Shown here: in pieces, positions 42,800 to 53,139 of the stretch | Numbering within the stretch: position 1 is the stretch's first letter | Layout of the letters: every line of letters begins with the position of its first letter | NCBI GenBank assembly: GCA_045804885.1 | Contig: JBJMMH010000212.1 | Span: forward strand, 1 to 53,139 | Source: Chloroflexota bacterium | GTDB lineage: Bacteria > Chloroflexota > Limnocylindria > Limnocylindrales > CSP1-4 | Direction of reading: 5' to 3' | Length of the DNA: 53,139 bases | The notes under the pieces: model-generated | The model's input: only the letters and a program-made list of their open reading frames with translations | Databases searched by the model: none | What the model was told of the DNA's origin: nothing | Made by a program: the position numbers and the translations under genes

Positions 42800-45094
42800 T
42801 CAGGCGGGCGTCGCGACGGCAGACGGCACGGGGATCCTCGCGAAGAGCCGCGTCCCACCGCCGATCGGGCTGACGACCTCGAGGGATCCGTCGACCGATT
42901 CGAGCCGATCGGCCAAGCCCCGCAGTCCGGTTCCAGAGGACGCGTCGGCGCCGCCGATCCCGTCATCGGCGATCTCGACGGCGAGCTCATCATCCAGCCA
43001 CTCCGCGCGGACGAGCGCCCGGCTCGCCTGGGCGTACTTCGCGATGTTGGTGAGCGCCTCGGAGATCGTGAAGTACACCGCGCCCTCGATCGCCGGCGAG
43101 AACCGCGTCGACCCGATCTCGACCCGAACATCGAGCGGTGACCTCGCGGCAAGAGAGTCGACCGCGGGGCCCAGGCCCGCCTCCGTGAGAATCTGTGGGT
43201 GGATGCCGCGGGCGAGCTCGCGGAGCTCGGAGAGCGCCGCCTTCGCCTCCGCCGATGCCTGGTCAAGGCTGAGCCTCGCGGACGGGGCCACGTCGTCGCC
43301 GAGGCTGGCCCGTGCCAGACGCAGGGCGAGGGTCAGTGACACGAGACGTTGCTGGGCGCCGTCGTGGAGGTCGCGTTCGACCCGCTTTCGCTCGGCGTCG
43401 CCGGCGGCGATGATCCGCGTCCGCGATGCCTTGACCTCGTCGAGCTGGGCCTCGATCTCGGCCTGTAGTCGGGCATTGTCGGCGGCGAGCGACTCGAGGC
43501 GTTCGTCGAGTCGGGAGTCGACGGCCGGGCCCGGTCCGAGTCCGAAGACGAAGCGGCGCAGGTCCCGGATCGCGCGGTCGAGGCCTTCGACGGTTGCCTG
43601 GAGGCTCGCCCGAACCGATGCGTCCAGGACGGTCGATTCGAGGGCCTGGAGCGCGAAGCCGACGCCGAACAGGAGTTGGATGACCCGCTCGTGCAGATCG
43701 CGACCGATGCGATCGCGCTCGCCGGAGATCGCGCTGGCCCGAAGGCCATTCCGTACTCGCTCGAACTCGAGCGCGACCGCAGCCTGCACACCGTAGGCCT
43801 CGATGAGCCGGACCTCCGACTCCGAGAATGGCGGAGAGCCGACCGGCCGCCCAATCGCCATGGCGCCGAAGCGCCGGTCGCGGATGACCAGGGGCACGGA
43901 CACCATCGGGCCGACCAGGTCCATCACCGCGCGGGGAATCGACATGGTGCCCGCCGACTCGGTGACCGACGCGACGACGAACGGCCGGCCGAGGGCGATC
44001 GCCTCGCCCGCGGCGGTGTCGCCGATCGGGATCGTGTCGCCGACGCCACGACCCGGCAGGCCCGGCCCGGAGAGGGTACGGACGAAGATCCCCGTGCCGT
44101 CGTCGATCAGCGTTCCTATCAGCGCGAAGCGGGCGTCGGCGCGCTCGACGAGCTCGCGGACCAATGCCCCGAGGATCTCGTCCGTCGGCGCGTCCGCGGC
44201 CGCCGTCCGGGCCAGCTCCCCGATGACCGCAATCGTTCGATGATTGGCGCGGGGCGTCGGACCGGGATCCGCGGCGGGCGGCGCTGTCGGACGCAAGAGC
44301 TCGCTCTCGACGGGGGTGGCGCTCGCGACGACCGCTTCGGCCTGGGGCGGCGATTCCCGGAGCTCGACGACGTAGCCGCCTATCGTTTCGATAGCCGCGT
44401 CCAGCTGCGCCACAGCCTCGCTGATGCCTGCCACGATCCGGGCCTCGTCTGTCCCATCGGCCAGGCCGCGGACGCCGGCCTGCAGGTCGCGCAGTGCGCT
44501 GACGACACCATCGTGGAGCTCGCCTGCGATCCGCTCACGCTCGGCGCCGACCTCCAGCCCGTGTTCCGCGGATCGGAGTTCGAAAAGCTCGATAGCGCTG
44601 GCTGCCTGCGCGGCGAACGTGGACACGAGGCTGATGTCGGCCGGCCGGAACGCCGGCGAATCCACAGCCCGAGCCACGACGAGCACGCCACGCGCGCTGC
44701 CGATCTGGGCCAGCGGCGAGGCGATCAGCGGACCTGTCCCGGTCGCCGCGGCGAAGGCTCGTCCGGCCGGCGGTATCTCGGCGGCATCGCGGGCGACGAT
44801 GTTCGTCGCCTTGGTGAGCGCAAGCTCGGTGAGCGTGTCGCGGGCAGGCATGATGTGGCCGAGCTTGAGCGGCCCGACGCTCAGTCCATCCACGGCGCGG
44901 AACGTCATCTCGCCGGCGTCCGATACCGTGACGACGACCCCGGATACGGCATCGACGAGGACGCGCGCCTCGCGGGCGATCCGGCCGAGGAGCTGCTCCA
45001 GGTCGTCGCCGTCGAGGACGGCTTGGGTCAGGGCGCCGATCGCCTGGAGGTCGCGGTCAACTCGCCGGGAAGGTCGGGCCTGTTGCCGCGCCAT
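42800..45094 (-). CDS. Multi-GAF sensor histidine kinase (HisKA_3/NarL-type) with three H-box modules
   Basis: 764-aa ORF with GAGGGGA upstream of the ATG. Two GAF-like regions. H-boxes are ERERIAGELHDG (H194), ERDRIGRDLHER (H468) and ERKRVERDLHDGAQQRL (H577). Only the last is followed by HATPase_c (EALTNIAKYA, DDGIGG, GTGLRGLADR). Confidence 0.85.
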   Translation of the reverse strand: MARQQARPSRRVDRDLQAIGALTQAVLDGDDLEQLLGRIAREARVLVDAVSGVVVTVSDAGEMTFRAVDGLSVGPLKLGHIMPARDTLTELALTKATNIVARDAAEIPPAGRAFAAATGTGPLIASPLAQIGSARGVLVVARAVDSPAFRPADISLVSTFAAQAASAIELFELRSAEHGLEVGAERERIAGELHDGVVSALRDLQAGVRGLADGTDEARIVAGISEAVAQLDAAIETIGGYVVELRESPPQAEAVVASATPVESELLRPTAPPAADPGPTPRANHRTIAVIGELARTAAADAPTDEILGALVRELVERADARFALIGTLIDDGTGIFVRTLSGPGLPGRGVGDTIPIGDTAAGEAIALGRPFVVASVTESAGTMSIPRAVMDLVGPMVSVPLVIRDRRFGAMAIGRPVGSPPFSESEVRLIEAYGVQAAVALEFERVRNGLRASAISGERDRIGRDLHERVIQLLFGVGFALQALESTVLDASVRASLQATVEGLDRAIRDLRRFVFGLGPGPAVDSRLDERLESLAADNARLQAEIEAQLDEVKASRTRIIAAGDAERKRVERDLHDGAQQRLVSLTLALRLARASLGDDVAPSARLSLDQASAEAKAALSELRELARGIHPQILTEAGLGPAVDSLAARSPLDVRVEIGSTRFSPAIEGAVYFTISEALTNIAKYAQASRALVRAEWLDDELAVEIADDGIGGADASSGTGLRGLADRLESVDGSLEVVSPIGGGTRLFARIPVPSAVATPA

Positions 45095-45142
45095 GTCGTC
45101 CCCTCGAAGAGACCGTCACTGTACGCCTGCGAGCCAAGCCCG

Positions 45143-48100
45143 TTAGCCGAGGACGACACGGACGCTGTGCGTCACGCCATCGTCGGCGAGCGGGATGGCG
45201 GCACCCGACGCGTCCTCACCGGTCGCACCGTCGAGCAGCCTGCCGTCGAGCTCGGCGGAGGCAACTCCGCGACCGACCCCCATGGGGTTCTCGACGGCGA
45301 TCTCGTAGCGCGCCGAGTGGTATCGGAACGACATCTCGTAGCCCGGCCACGCCCGCGGGACGCACGGGTCGACGATGAGCGTCGAGCCACGCAGCCGGAA
45401 GCCGAGGATCCACTCCGCGCCGGCCTGGTACATCCAGCCGGCTGAGCCCGTGTACCAGGTCCAGCCGCCGCGGCCCACGTGGGGCGGCTCGGCGTAGACG
45501 TCGGCCGGCATGACGTACGGCTCCACCTTGTAGCGATGGACGCCGGCCCGAGTGCTTGCGTCATTGATCGGGTTGAGGATCGAGAAGAGCTCGCCCGCCT
45601 TGTCGCCATCGCCGAGGCCCGCGAAGGCGAGGATCGTCCAGATCCCCCCGTGGGTGTACTGGCCGCCGTTCTCGCGGACGCCGGGCAGGTAGCCCTTGAC
45701 GTAGCCCGGATCGAGGTCGGACTGGTCGAACGGCGGCGTGAACAGCAGCACGAGACCATCTCCGCGCCGGATGAGGTATTGCTCGACCGCGGCCATCGCC
45801 TGCCGCGCGTGGCCCATCGGTCCGGCAGCCGACAGCACACTCCAGGACTGCGCGATCGAGTCGATCCGGCACTCGACGTTGCTCGCCGACCCAAGCGGCG
45901 TGCCGTCGTCGAAGAATGCGCGGCGGTACCAGTCGCCGTCCCAGCCGTGGCGCTCGAGGTTCCGTCGCAACGTCCGCATATGGCCGCGCCAGCGCTCAGC
46001 ACGGGCGTCGCCGCGCGCTGCCGCGATCGGCTCGAACGAGGCGAGCACGTTAAAGAGAAAGAAGCCGAGCCAGACGCTCTCGCCGCGCCCCTGATGACCC
46101 ACCCTGTTCATGCCGTCGTTCCAGTCGCCGGATCCGATCAGCGGCAGTCCGTGACTGCCGACGGCGAGGCTTGCCTCGATGGCCCGGGCGCAGTGCTCGT
46201 ACAGCGTGGCCGACTGGGACGAGCGTTCCGCCTGGAAATAGGCATCGACCTGGTCGCGGCCGAGCACCGGTCCCTCGATGAAGGGGACGATCTCGTCGAG
46301 CACGCCGACGTCGCCGGTCACCGCCACGTAGCGGTCGACGGCATAGGGCAACCACAGCCGGTCGTCGGAGATCCGCGTCCGCACGCCACGGCCCGACGGC
46401 GGATGCCACCAGTGTTGGACGTCGCCCTCAGGAAACTGCTGGGCGGCTGCACGCAGGAGGTGCTCGCGGGTCAGGTCGCGCCGGGCGGTCGTGAGGGCGA
46501 CGACGTCCTGGAGCTGGTCGCGGAAGCCGTACGCGCCGCCGGCCTGGTAGAACGCGGCCCGCGCCCACAGCCGGCAGGAGAGCGCCTGGTAGAGCAGCCA
46601 CGTATTGAGCATGATGTCCATCGACCGGTCCGGAGTTCGCACCTGGAGCGAGCCGAGGACGTCGTCCCAGTACGTTCTTACCGTCTGGAGGGTCGCCTCG
46701 TGGTCGGCCGCCCGCCAGCGCCGGATCAGCTCCGTTGCCGCCGCCGCGCCGTCCGCTTCGCCGAGCAGCACGACGACCTCCGCCCGCGCTCCGGGCGCGA
46801 GATCCATGCTCGTCTGGAGCACGGCACACGGGTCCAGCGCCGCCCCGACCGTGCCGCCGAGACGATGACCCCGCTCAAGGCCAGCGGGGCGGGCCAGGGA
46901 GCCGTTGCGACCGAGGAACTCTGTCCGATCGCCCGTCCACGACTGCTGACGACCGCCCATGTCGAGGAACGCGACCCGACCACCGAACTCCGTGTTCCAG
47001 GGGTTGCGGGCAAGGATCGCCCGGGTTTCCGCCTCAACCTCGGTGACCACGTGCGGTGCGGTCACGCCTCGCGAGGCGCCCAGCACCCACTCCGCGTAGG
47101 CCGTCACTGAAAGCCGCCTGGCCCGGCCGGATTGGTTCTCGATGGTCAGGACGGAGACCTTGACCGACGCATCGAGGGGCACGAACTGGACGAGGCCGAG
47201 CGCGATCCCGTCGCGGGCATGCTCGAAACGGCTGTACCCGGGACCATGTCGCGCGACGTACGTCGATTCCGGGCTCCGAATCGGCAGCGCCGTCGGGCCC
47301 CACAGCTCCCCGGTCTCGTCGTCCCGAACGAAGATCGCCTCGCCGCTCGGATCGCTGACCGGGTCGTTCGACCACGGGGTCAGCTGGTTCTCCCGGCTGT
47401 TCTCGGACCAGCTGTACCCGGCGCCGGACTCCGAGACCTGGAACCCGAACGACGGATTGGCGATCACGTTCAACCACGGCGCGGGAGTCGCTTGACCAGG
47501 CCCCATGACGACGACGTACTCCCGGCCGCCATCGGCGAAGCCACCCAGGCCGTTGAAGAACTCCAGCTCCGGCCGGGGCGGTCCGGGAACCTCCGTCCGC
47601 GTCGGTCCCTCCGCCGGCACTGAGGGAGCGGAGCGGACGACTCTGTCTGGGCGCTCCAGACGGATGACCTGGTCCGCGAGCGTGCCTCGCCGGCTCAGGA
47701 GGACGGCCCGGGCGGCCGCCTGGAGGAGCGTCCGGTCCTCGGCGGAGAGCTGCTCCCCGCGCACGATGTACACGCCGCCGTGAGCCCGCTGTCCCTCGTC
47801 GACGAGCGTCGATTGGCTCGTGCGCACGACGGCCGCGAGCGCCTCCTGGAGGTCCTGGCCGTACGAGGCGCCGTGCTCATTGATGATGACGAGGTCGACA
47901 TCGAGCAGCTTGAGGCGCCAGTACTCGTGGGCCCTGAGCAGCTGCCGGACGATGTCGATGTCCTCGGCCTCGTCGATCCGGACGAGCACGATGGGTAGGT
48001 CGCCGGAGATCCCGAACGGCCAAAGTCCCGGTGCGCCCCGGTCGTTGCGTGCGATCAGCGTCGGGGATGGCCGGAGGGTCGGGTCCGAGTAGAGGATCCG

Positions 48101-51100
48101 GTTGGCGAGGCGCTGGAACAGGTGGGCCTCGTCGGTCTCCACGCCCAGGTGGTGGAGCTGGACCTGGGCCTGCGTCCAGGCCAGCGTCGCGGCCCTTTCG
48201 AACGTCGCGTCCTCGCGGTACTTGTCGGCGAGGTCCAGGACGTCCTCGCGTGACGCTGCCACGACCGTCGAGTAGATCACGTGGACGGTGGCTCCCGGTG
48301 CGAGGGACACGCGACAGCGCAGGCTGAAGATCGGATCCAGCACCGCACCGACCGTGTTCGACAGCGGACGGCCGTCGATGACCGACACAGGCGATCGGAC
48401 GGACCGGCCCCGGCCGAGGAAGCGGGCACGGTCCGTCTCGTACTGGATGACCTCGCCGCTCTGCTCCTCGACTGCAGCGACGTGGGCGGCCCAGAGCTGC
48501 CGCTCGTCGCGCGAGCGCGGGCGGCGGGTCGCCACGAGCGCGCCGACCTCCGGCACGAACTCGGTCTGCACGAAGAGGTTCTGGAAGGCCGGGTGCGCGA
48601 CGTCGGCCGCCTGCGGCGCAAGGACGATCTCGGAGTAGGACGTGAGCTCGATCTCCCGGCCATGCGAGCCGAGATTGGTCAGCGAGACGCGACGGATCTC
48701 TGCGTCGTGCTCCGCCGAGACGACGATGGTCATCGCGGTCGAGATCGAGCCGTCGCGCCGCACGAACTCGGCCTGCTCCTCCGAGTAGCGGACTTCGTAG
48801 CTGTCGGCCTCCACGCCGCTCGGCTGATGTCCCGCGGACCAGACCGCCCCGGTGCGCGTATCGCGCAGGAACAGGTAGCTGCCCCACGAGTCGCGGGTGA
48901 CGTCCTCGCGCCAGCGCGTCACCGCAATGTCGCCCCAACGGCTGTAGCCGGATCCGGCGGCAGTCACCAGGACGGCGTACCGCCCGTTCGAGAGGAGGTG
49001 CGTCCGCGGCGTGAGGTCGTGCGGGGAGTTGAACTTGCGCAGGACGGGCGGGACGAGATCGCGCACGTCGGCCGCGCTCTTCACCTCCTCGGCCCGCGGG
49101 CGTGCGACGAGGACGTCGCGCGGCATGCGCTCCTGGAGCAGCAGCTCGGTCGCCTGGACGATGGGCTCGGCGTGGAAACGCTCGACCATCGCGTCGTCGT
49201 GAAGCACGTTCCCGATGGCGACCAGGGCCATCCCCTGGTGGTGCGCCATGTAGCTCTGGACGATCGCGACGGTCTCGTCCTCCGGGAGTCGCCGTGCGGT
49301 GTAGTCGAGCGCCTCTCGGAAACCGTACGGCCCCAGCGCGCCGGCGGTCCGGAGGTCCGCAAAGTTCCTGACGGCCGCCTCGGGATCGACCATCGCGCCG
49401 AGGGCGGTCGCGTACGGAGCAACGACGACGTCTTCGCTGAGACCTCGCTTCAGGCCGAGGCCCGGCACGCCGAAGCTGGAGTACTGGTACGTCCGCTCGA
49501 GGTCCCGGGCATTGAACGCCGACTCGGAGATGCCCCACGGCACTCCGCGCTCGGCGGCGTAGCTGATCTGGCGCGCAACAACGAGGCTGGAGGTCTGGTC
49601 GAGCAGACTCCGCGGCGGCGCGTGCATGACCAGCGCTGGCATCAGGTACTCGAACATCGAGCCCGACCACGAGATGAGCGCCGAGCCGCGGCCCACCGGT
49701 GTCAGCGGCCGACCGAGCCGGAACCAGTGCTCCGGGGGCACGTCGCCCTTGGCGATCGCGAGGAAGCTCGCCAGCCGCGCCTCCGACGCGAGCAGGTCGT
49801 AGTAGCTCGGGTCGAGCGTCCCGTCGCGAACGCGGAAGCCGATCGAGAACAGCTGACGGGTAGGGTCGAACAGGAAGCTGAAGTCGGTCTCGGCGAACAG
49901 CTGCTGCGAGCGGTCCGCGATCGCGTGGAGTCGCCGGGCAAGGGCGACGACGGCCGGGTTGTCGTCGTCCCCCTCGTGGAGGACCTGGTCGCGAAGGTGG
50001 CTCTCGACCGTCCGGCACGCGGCCTCGGCCCAGGTCACGAGTTCGTTGTCGGCACCTTCGCCGCGCTCCGCCGTGAGGGCCGCCGCGACATCCGCGAGGG
50101 TCAGGGCGTCGGGCGCGAGTGCGGTCAGCCGGGCGGCCCACGCGGCGCCCGTCACGAGGCCGTCCGAGGGCTGGAACGCTGCGAGGGCCTCGTCGAGTTG
50201 CCGGCGCGTGACCGTCTGAGTCCGGCGCTCGTCGCCGATCGCGTCGGCCGCCTCGCGCGCAAGCCGGACGGCGTCATCGATTCCCGCGACGGCGGCCTCG
50301 ATCGGCAGCGGCCGGTCGAGGAGCTCGCGGCAGGCGTTGGCGACTGTCAGCAGCGAAGCGCACATGTTGCCGCTGTCGACCGAGGATACGTAGGCGGGCT
50401 CGAGCGTCTTGAGGTCCCGGGTGTCGTACCAGTTGTAGAGATGCCCGCGATAGCGCGGCAGGCTGTCAATGCTCGCGAGCGTGGCCTCGAGCCGGTCGAC
50501 CATGTCGTGAGCGCCGATCCACCCGAAGTCCCGGGCGCTGACAATTGACAGCAGGTAGAGGCCGATGTTCGTCGGCGACGTGCGGTAAGCGACGACCGGC
50601 TGGGGGTCCTCCTGGAAGTTGTCGGGCGGCAGGCTGTGGTCCTCGAGTGTGACGAACCGCTCGAAGAACCGCCACGTGCGGCGGGCGATGAGGCGAAGCT
50701 CGATGGCGTCGGCCGCCGACAGCTGGCGACCGGCCGATTCTGTCGGCGGCAGGCTCACCCAACGCGCGATCGCCGGGGACAACAGCCACAGGCCGACGAA
50801 GGGCATGGCCACAGGGAGCGCCGTCGGCTTCGCGACCAGAACGAGAGCCCCAGCGACGGCCGCGGTCCCGACTGCGGCGGCCATCAGCCGGTAGAAAGCG
50901 GCCAGGTCGAGGTCCAGACTGCCCTTCGTCTGCGACGCCGTGGTCCATTCGAGCAGGTTTCGACGCGTCACCAGCAGGCGCGCCAGCGTCCGAACGATCG
51001 CGTCCACCATGAGCGTCGCCTGGTGGGCCAGGAACGTGACACCCAGCCCGACGTGCGCGGCCGCATCGGCGATGTCGGCGGCAACCGCGCGGAGGTGACT

Positions 51101-51826
51101 GCGCTTGGAGATGCCGCGCCGTCGCGGCAGCAAACCGGCCATGACGGGCAACGCGGCGGGAACGACGAGGGCCGTCAGCACGAACGCGGTCCAGGCATCG
51201 GCGGGCACGGAAGGGACCGTCCAGGCGACCAGGAGCGTCGCGAGCGTGAGCGGCGCCGACAGCGTTCGGCGCAGGTTGTCGACCATCTTCCAGCGCGCGA
51301 TGCCCGGAACTGAGCTCCGGCTTCGCTGGCCGGCCTCGTCCCGGGCTCGACCCAGGATCCACGGCAAGAGCTGCCAATCGCCGCGTGCCCAGCGATGCTG
51401 GCGGGCGGCAGCCTCGAGGTAGTGGGACGGGAACTCATCGAACAGCTCGATGTCGGTCACGAGACCTGCCCGGGCGAACGTGCCCTCGAACAGGTCGTGG
51501 CTCAGCATCGTGTTCTCGGGCACTCGTCCAGCCAGCGCCCCCTCGAAGGCGTCGACGTCGTAGATCCCCTTGCCCGTGTAGCTTCCCTCGCCGAACAGGT
51601 CCTGGTACACGTCCGAAACGGCGGAGGCGTACGGATCGATCCCGGCCGAGCCGGAGAAGATGCGCTGGAACAGCGAGGCTCCCCGTTCTGCGGGCAGCGT
51701 CGGGGTGATCCTCGGCTGGAGGATCCCGTAGCCATGACTGACACGCCCGGACTTTGGGTCGAAGCGGGGGCGGTTGAGCGGGTGGGAGATCGTCCCGACG
51801 AGCCGCCCGACGGCGCCCCGCGGCAA
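45143..51826 (-). CDS. ndvB: Cyclic beta-1,2-glucan synthase (NdvB/ChvB/Cgs-like), C-terminal about 2,230-aa fragment; probably part of a disrupted gene
   Basis: The frame is open from 51862 (just after a TGA at 51865..51863), and the first start codon is TTG 51826. It begins inside the GT domain ([64 protein letters not shown]). TM segments, a glucoamylase-like/cyclization region and a GH94 phosphorylase-like C-terminus follow. Confidence 0.85.
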   Translation of the reverse strand: MPRGAVGRLVGTISHPLNRPRFDPKSGRVSHGYGILQPRITPTLPAERGASLFQRIFSGSAGIDPYASAVSDVYQDLFGEGSYTGKGIYDVDAFEGALAGRVPENTMLSHDLFEGTFARAGLVTDIELFDEFPSHYLEAAARQHRWARGDWQLLPWILGRARDEAGQRSRSSVPGIARWKMVDNLRRTLSAPLTLATLLVAWTVPSVPADAWTAFVLTALVVPAALPVMAGLLPRRRGISKRSHLRAVAADIADAAAHVGLGVTFLAHQATLMVDAIVRTLARLLVTRRNLLEWTTASQTKGSLDLDLAAFYRLMAAAVGTAAVAGALVLVAKPTALPVAMPFVGLWLLSPAIARWVSLPPTESAGRQLSAADAIELRLIARRTWRFFERFVTLEDHSLPPDNFQEDPQPVVAYRTSPTNIGLYLLSIVSARDFGWIGAHDMVDRLEATLASIDSLPRYRGHLYNWYDTRDLKTLEPAYVSSVDSGNMCASLLTVANACRELLDRPLPIEAAVAGIDDAVRLAREAADAIGDERRTQTVTRRQLDEALAAFQPSDGLVTGAAWAARLTALAPDALTLADVAAALTAERGEGADNELVTWAEAACRTVESHLRDQVLHEGDDDNPAVVALARRLHAIADRSQQLFAETDFSFLFDPTRQLFSIGFRVRDGTLDPSYYDLLASEARLASFLAIAKGDVPPEHWFRLGRPLTPVGRGSALISWSGSMFEYLMPALVMHAPPRSLLDQTSSLVVARQISYAAERGVPWGISESAFNARDLERTYQYSSFGVPGLGLKRGLSEDVVVAPYATALGAMVDPEAAVRNFADLRTAGALGPYGFREALDYTARRLPEDETVAIVQSYMAHHQGMALVAIGNVLHDDAMVERFHAEPIVQATELLLQERMPRDVLVARPRAEEVKSAADVRDLVPPVLRKFNSPHDLTPRTHLLSNGRYAVLVTAAGSGYSRWGDIAVTRWREDVTRDSWGSYLFLRDTRTGAVWSAGHQPSGVEADSYEVRYSEEQAEFVRRDGSISTAMTIVVSAEHDAEIRRVSLTNLGSHGREIELTSYSEIVLAPQAADVAHPAFQNLFVQTEFVPEVGALVATRRPRSRDERQLWAAHVAAVEEQSGEVIQYETDRARFLGRGRSVRSPVSVIDGRPLSNTVGAVLDPIFSLRCRVSLAPGATVHVIYSTVVAASREDVLDLADKYREDATFERAATLAWTQAQVQLHHLGVETDEAHLFQRLANRILYSDPTLRPSPTLIARNDRGAPGLWPFGISGDLPIVLVRIDEAEDIDIVRQLLRAHEYWRLKLLDVDLVIINEHGASYGQDLQEALAAVVRTSQSTLVDEGQRAHGGVYIVRGEQLSAEDRTLLQAAARAVLLSRRGTLADQVIRLERPDRVVRSAPSVPAEGPTRTEVPGPPRPELEFFNGLGGFADGGREYVVVMGPGQATPAPWLNVIANPSFGFQVSESGAGYSWSENSRENQLTPWSNDPVSDPSGEAIFVRDDETGELWGPTALPIRSPESTYVARHGPGYSRFEHARDGIALGLVQFVPLDASVKVSVLTIENQSGRARRLSVTAYAEWVLGASRGVTAPHVVTEVEAETRAILARNPWNTEFGGRVAFLDMGGRQQSWTGDRTEFLGRNGSLARPAGLERGHRLGGTVGAALDPCAVLQTSMDLAPGARAEVVVLLGEADGAAAATELIRRWRAADHEATLQTVRTYWDDVLGSLQVRTPDRSMDIMLNTWLLYQALSCRLWARAAFYQAGGAYGFRDQLQDVVALTTARRDLTREHLLRAAAQQFPEGDVQHWWHPPSGRGVRTRISDDRLWLPYAVDRYVAVTGDVGVLDEIVPFIEGPVLGRDQVDAYFQAERSSQSATLYEHCARAIEASLAVGSHGLPLIGSGDWNDGMNRVGHQGRGESVWLGFFLFNVLASFEPIAAARGDARAERWRGHMRTLRRNLERHGWDGDWYRRAFFDDGTPLGSASNVECRIDSIAQSWSVLSAAGPMGHARQAMAAVEQYLIRRGDGLVLLFTPPFDQSDLDPGYVKGYLPGVRENGGQYTHGGIWTILAFAGLGDGDKAGELFSILNPINDASTRAGVHRYKVEPYVMPADVYAEPPHVGRGGWTWYTGSAGWMYQAGAEWILGFRLRGSTLIVDPCVPRAWPGYEMSFRYHSARYEIAVENPMGVGRGVASAELDGRLLDGATGEDASGAAIPLADDGVTHSVRVVLG

Positions 51827-53139
51827 CCGGGTGTCGGCGTCGAGTGTGACGACGTCGCCAGGTCAGAGGCGGGCGCGACGGCGAGGATCGCGAGCACGAG
51901 CAGGGCAGGGCCCGTCGTGCCGCCTCCAGCCGAGAGCAGCAGTGGCACCGAGAGGATCAGGGCCACCACGAGGATCAGCGTGCCGACGTAGGCGAAGGTG
52001 CCGGCGGCGGCATAGGCCCGCCGGAACCGGCGGGACAGCGGTATCCGGACGTTCAGCGCGCGTTCCAAGGCCTGCCGACCGTCGCCCATCAGGTAGTAGC
52101 CGGGGTCGACGACATCCTCCTGTCCTGCAGACGTTGCGGCTCCGGGGTCCGGCGCTCGCTCTGCCATCGAAACGGCGGCCTTGGCGACGTCGAGCTCCGG
52201 CCGCCCCGCGCCTCGGGCGAGCGTTTCGATCGCGTGCCTGTAGCGGTCGCGGGTGGCGAAATCCATCGCGGCAAACAGGCCGTGGGCCCGGAGCGCCTCG
52301 TCGGTCAGGCTCACGCTCTCGACGAACCGGGACCAATCGAACCAGGAGATGAGGCGCATGCTCGTGATGACGTTGCGAACCGTCACGTTCATCTCCGCCT
52401 GCCGCTGGTGTTCGATCCGGACGGTTTCCTCGGCCGTCGTGCCCTGAGCAGCAAGCACCTCTTCGAGCCGACCGAGCGCCGGCGTGGCGGCCGGGTCCTG
52501 GTCGCGCAGCCGCTGGAAGAGCTGGACCCGGCCCGCCGTCGCCAGCGTCACATCGGAGACCCGTCGCAGGGAAGCAGCGGCGGCCTCGGGGCTGTCCCGG
52601 CCGATCCCGAGCAGGCTGTCGGCCAGCTCGTCCGCTCGTTGGCGCGCAGTCCGGTTGCGAAGGATCTGCTGCGCGAGCCGGCGAAGGTTCTCGACGAGGA
52701 TGATCCGGAGGCTGATCGCGACGGCCCATAACTCGCCGATGGTCAGCGGCTCGACCTCCTGGTACGCGCTCACCAGCCGCTGCAGGCTGTCCGGGTCGAA
52801 CCGGCTGTCGGTATGGGCGACATACGCCCACGCGATCCCGAGGACCCGGGGGTAGCCCTCGAGGTGTCCCCCAGCGAGCTTCGGGAGTTCGCCGTAGTAA
52901 TGCGCTGGCAGGTCGTCGCGGATCTCGCGGATCTGCTCGTCGACGATGTGGAAGTTGTCGACCAGCCACTCCGCGGCGGGGCTGATCGAGCGTTCTTCCC
53001 TGATCGCGCCCGCGAGAGTCCGGTACGACTCGAGGAGGATCCGGCCGTTCTCGGCGACGCGCGGGCTGATCGTCCGACCTCGGCGAGGATCGGTCGTGAC
53101 GGTCTGGGCTTCGGCGAGCGACCGGGCGTGCTGCTCGAG
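51502..53139 (-). CDS. ndvB: Cyclic beta-1,2-glucan synthase N-terminal fragment (5' end off-window); only 51859..53139 looks like genuine protein
   Basis: The frame is open to the window edge (…[24 protein letters not shown]…[11 protein letters not shown]…). It ends in a TM hairpin (…[15 protein letters not shown]) at about 51859, then becomes S/T/P/R-rich out-of-frame read-through to the stop at 51502. Confidence 0.7.
   Translation of the reverse strand, partial: LEQHARSLAEAQTVTTDPRRGRTISPRVAENGRILLESYRTLAGAIREERSISPAAEWLVDNFHIVDEQIREIRDDLPAHYYGELPKLAGGHLEGYPRVLGIAWAYVAHTDSRFDPDSLQRLVSAYQEVEPLTIGELWAVAISLRIILVENLRRLAQQILRNRTARQRADELADSLLGIGRDSPEAAAASLRRVSDVTLATAGRVQLFQRLRDQDPAATPALGRLEEVLAAQGTTAEETVRIEHQRQAEMNVTVRNVITSMRLISWFDWSRFVESVSLTDEALRAHGLFAAMDFATRDRYRHAIETLARGAGRPELDVAKAAVSMAERAPDPGAATSAGQEDVVDPGYYLMGDGRQALERALNVRIPLSRRFRRAYAAAGTFAYVGTLILVVALILSVPLLLSAGGGTTGPALLVLAILAVAPASDLATSSHSTPTPGCRGAPSGGSSGRSPTRSTAPASTQSPGVSVMATGSSSRGSPRRCPQNGEPRCSSASSPARPGSIRTPPPFRTCTRTCSAREATRARGSTTSTPSRGRWLDECPRTRC

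Noticed and set aside
51826-51900. Programmed ribosomal frameshift or simple 1-nt sequencing error as the explanation for the split glucan synthase.
   Set aside because: A frame correction alone would join the TM hairpin directly to the LDAD motif. The conserved N-terminal half of the glycosyltransferase domain is absent, so sequence is missing as well as shifted.

Overview
This is a high-GC bacterial chromosomal segment (roughly 70% GC by eye). It is densely packed with about 45 protein-coding genes, short intergenic gaps and many 1-4 nt start/stop overlaps. Several predicted F420/deazaflavin-type enzymes and at least two apparently leaderless promoters suggest an Actinomycetota- or Chloroflexota-like host, but I cannot assign taxonomy from sequence alone.

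Gene content, in order:
- a VOC protein, a tandem-fused AI-2E transporter and a METTL20-like methyltransferase
- galT-galK
- pirin, a DinB-like protein, a DyP peroxidase and a PNPOx-like protein
- a double-META lipoprotein and an MFS transporter
- a DeoR-controlled divergent sugar locus: LacD-like aldolase, two PfkB kinases, a double-SIS enzyme, MelA-like GH4 alpha-galactosidase, a CUT1 ABC importer and an amidohydrolase
- a LacI-linked operon: two paralogous GldA/G1PDH-like dehydrogenases bracket a PotABCD-type ABC importer, followed by an F420-type LLM oxidoreductase
- HAD hydrolase, an AlkZ/YcaQ-like protein, an ECF41-like sigma factor, a deazaflavin-dependent reductase and a RibD_C-like reductase
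- a short UvrA paralogue with DUF1801, VOC and AraC genes
- a TetR and MGT-type glycosyltransferase pair, and a CPBP protease
- an orphan multi-GAF histidine kinase
- a giant cyclic beta-1,2-glucan synthase (NdvB/Cgs-like) gene that runs off the window and is visibly disrupted

I saw no rRNA, tRNA, CRISPR array, transposase/integrase or recognisable phage-defence module.

The most unusual items are:
- the glucan synthase, broken exactly at its glycosyltransferase core
- the twin-dehydrogenase/ABC/F420 operon of unknown substrate
- the PTS-independent tagatose-6-phosphate-like locus linked to melA
- the histidine kinase with three H-box modules
- a loose neighbourhood of genotoxin/xenobiotic-resistance-type genes

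All functional calls come from motif-level reading of the supplied translations. No searches were run.
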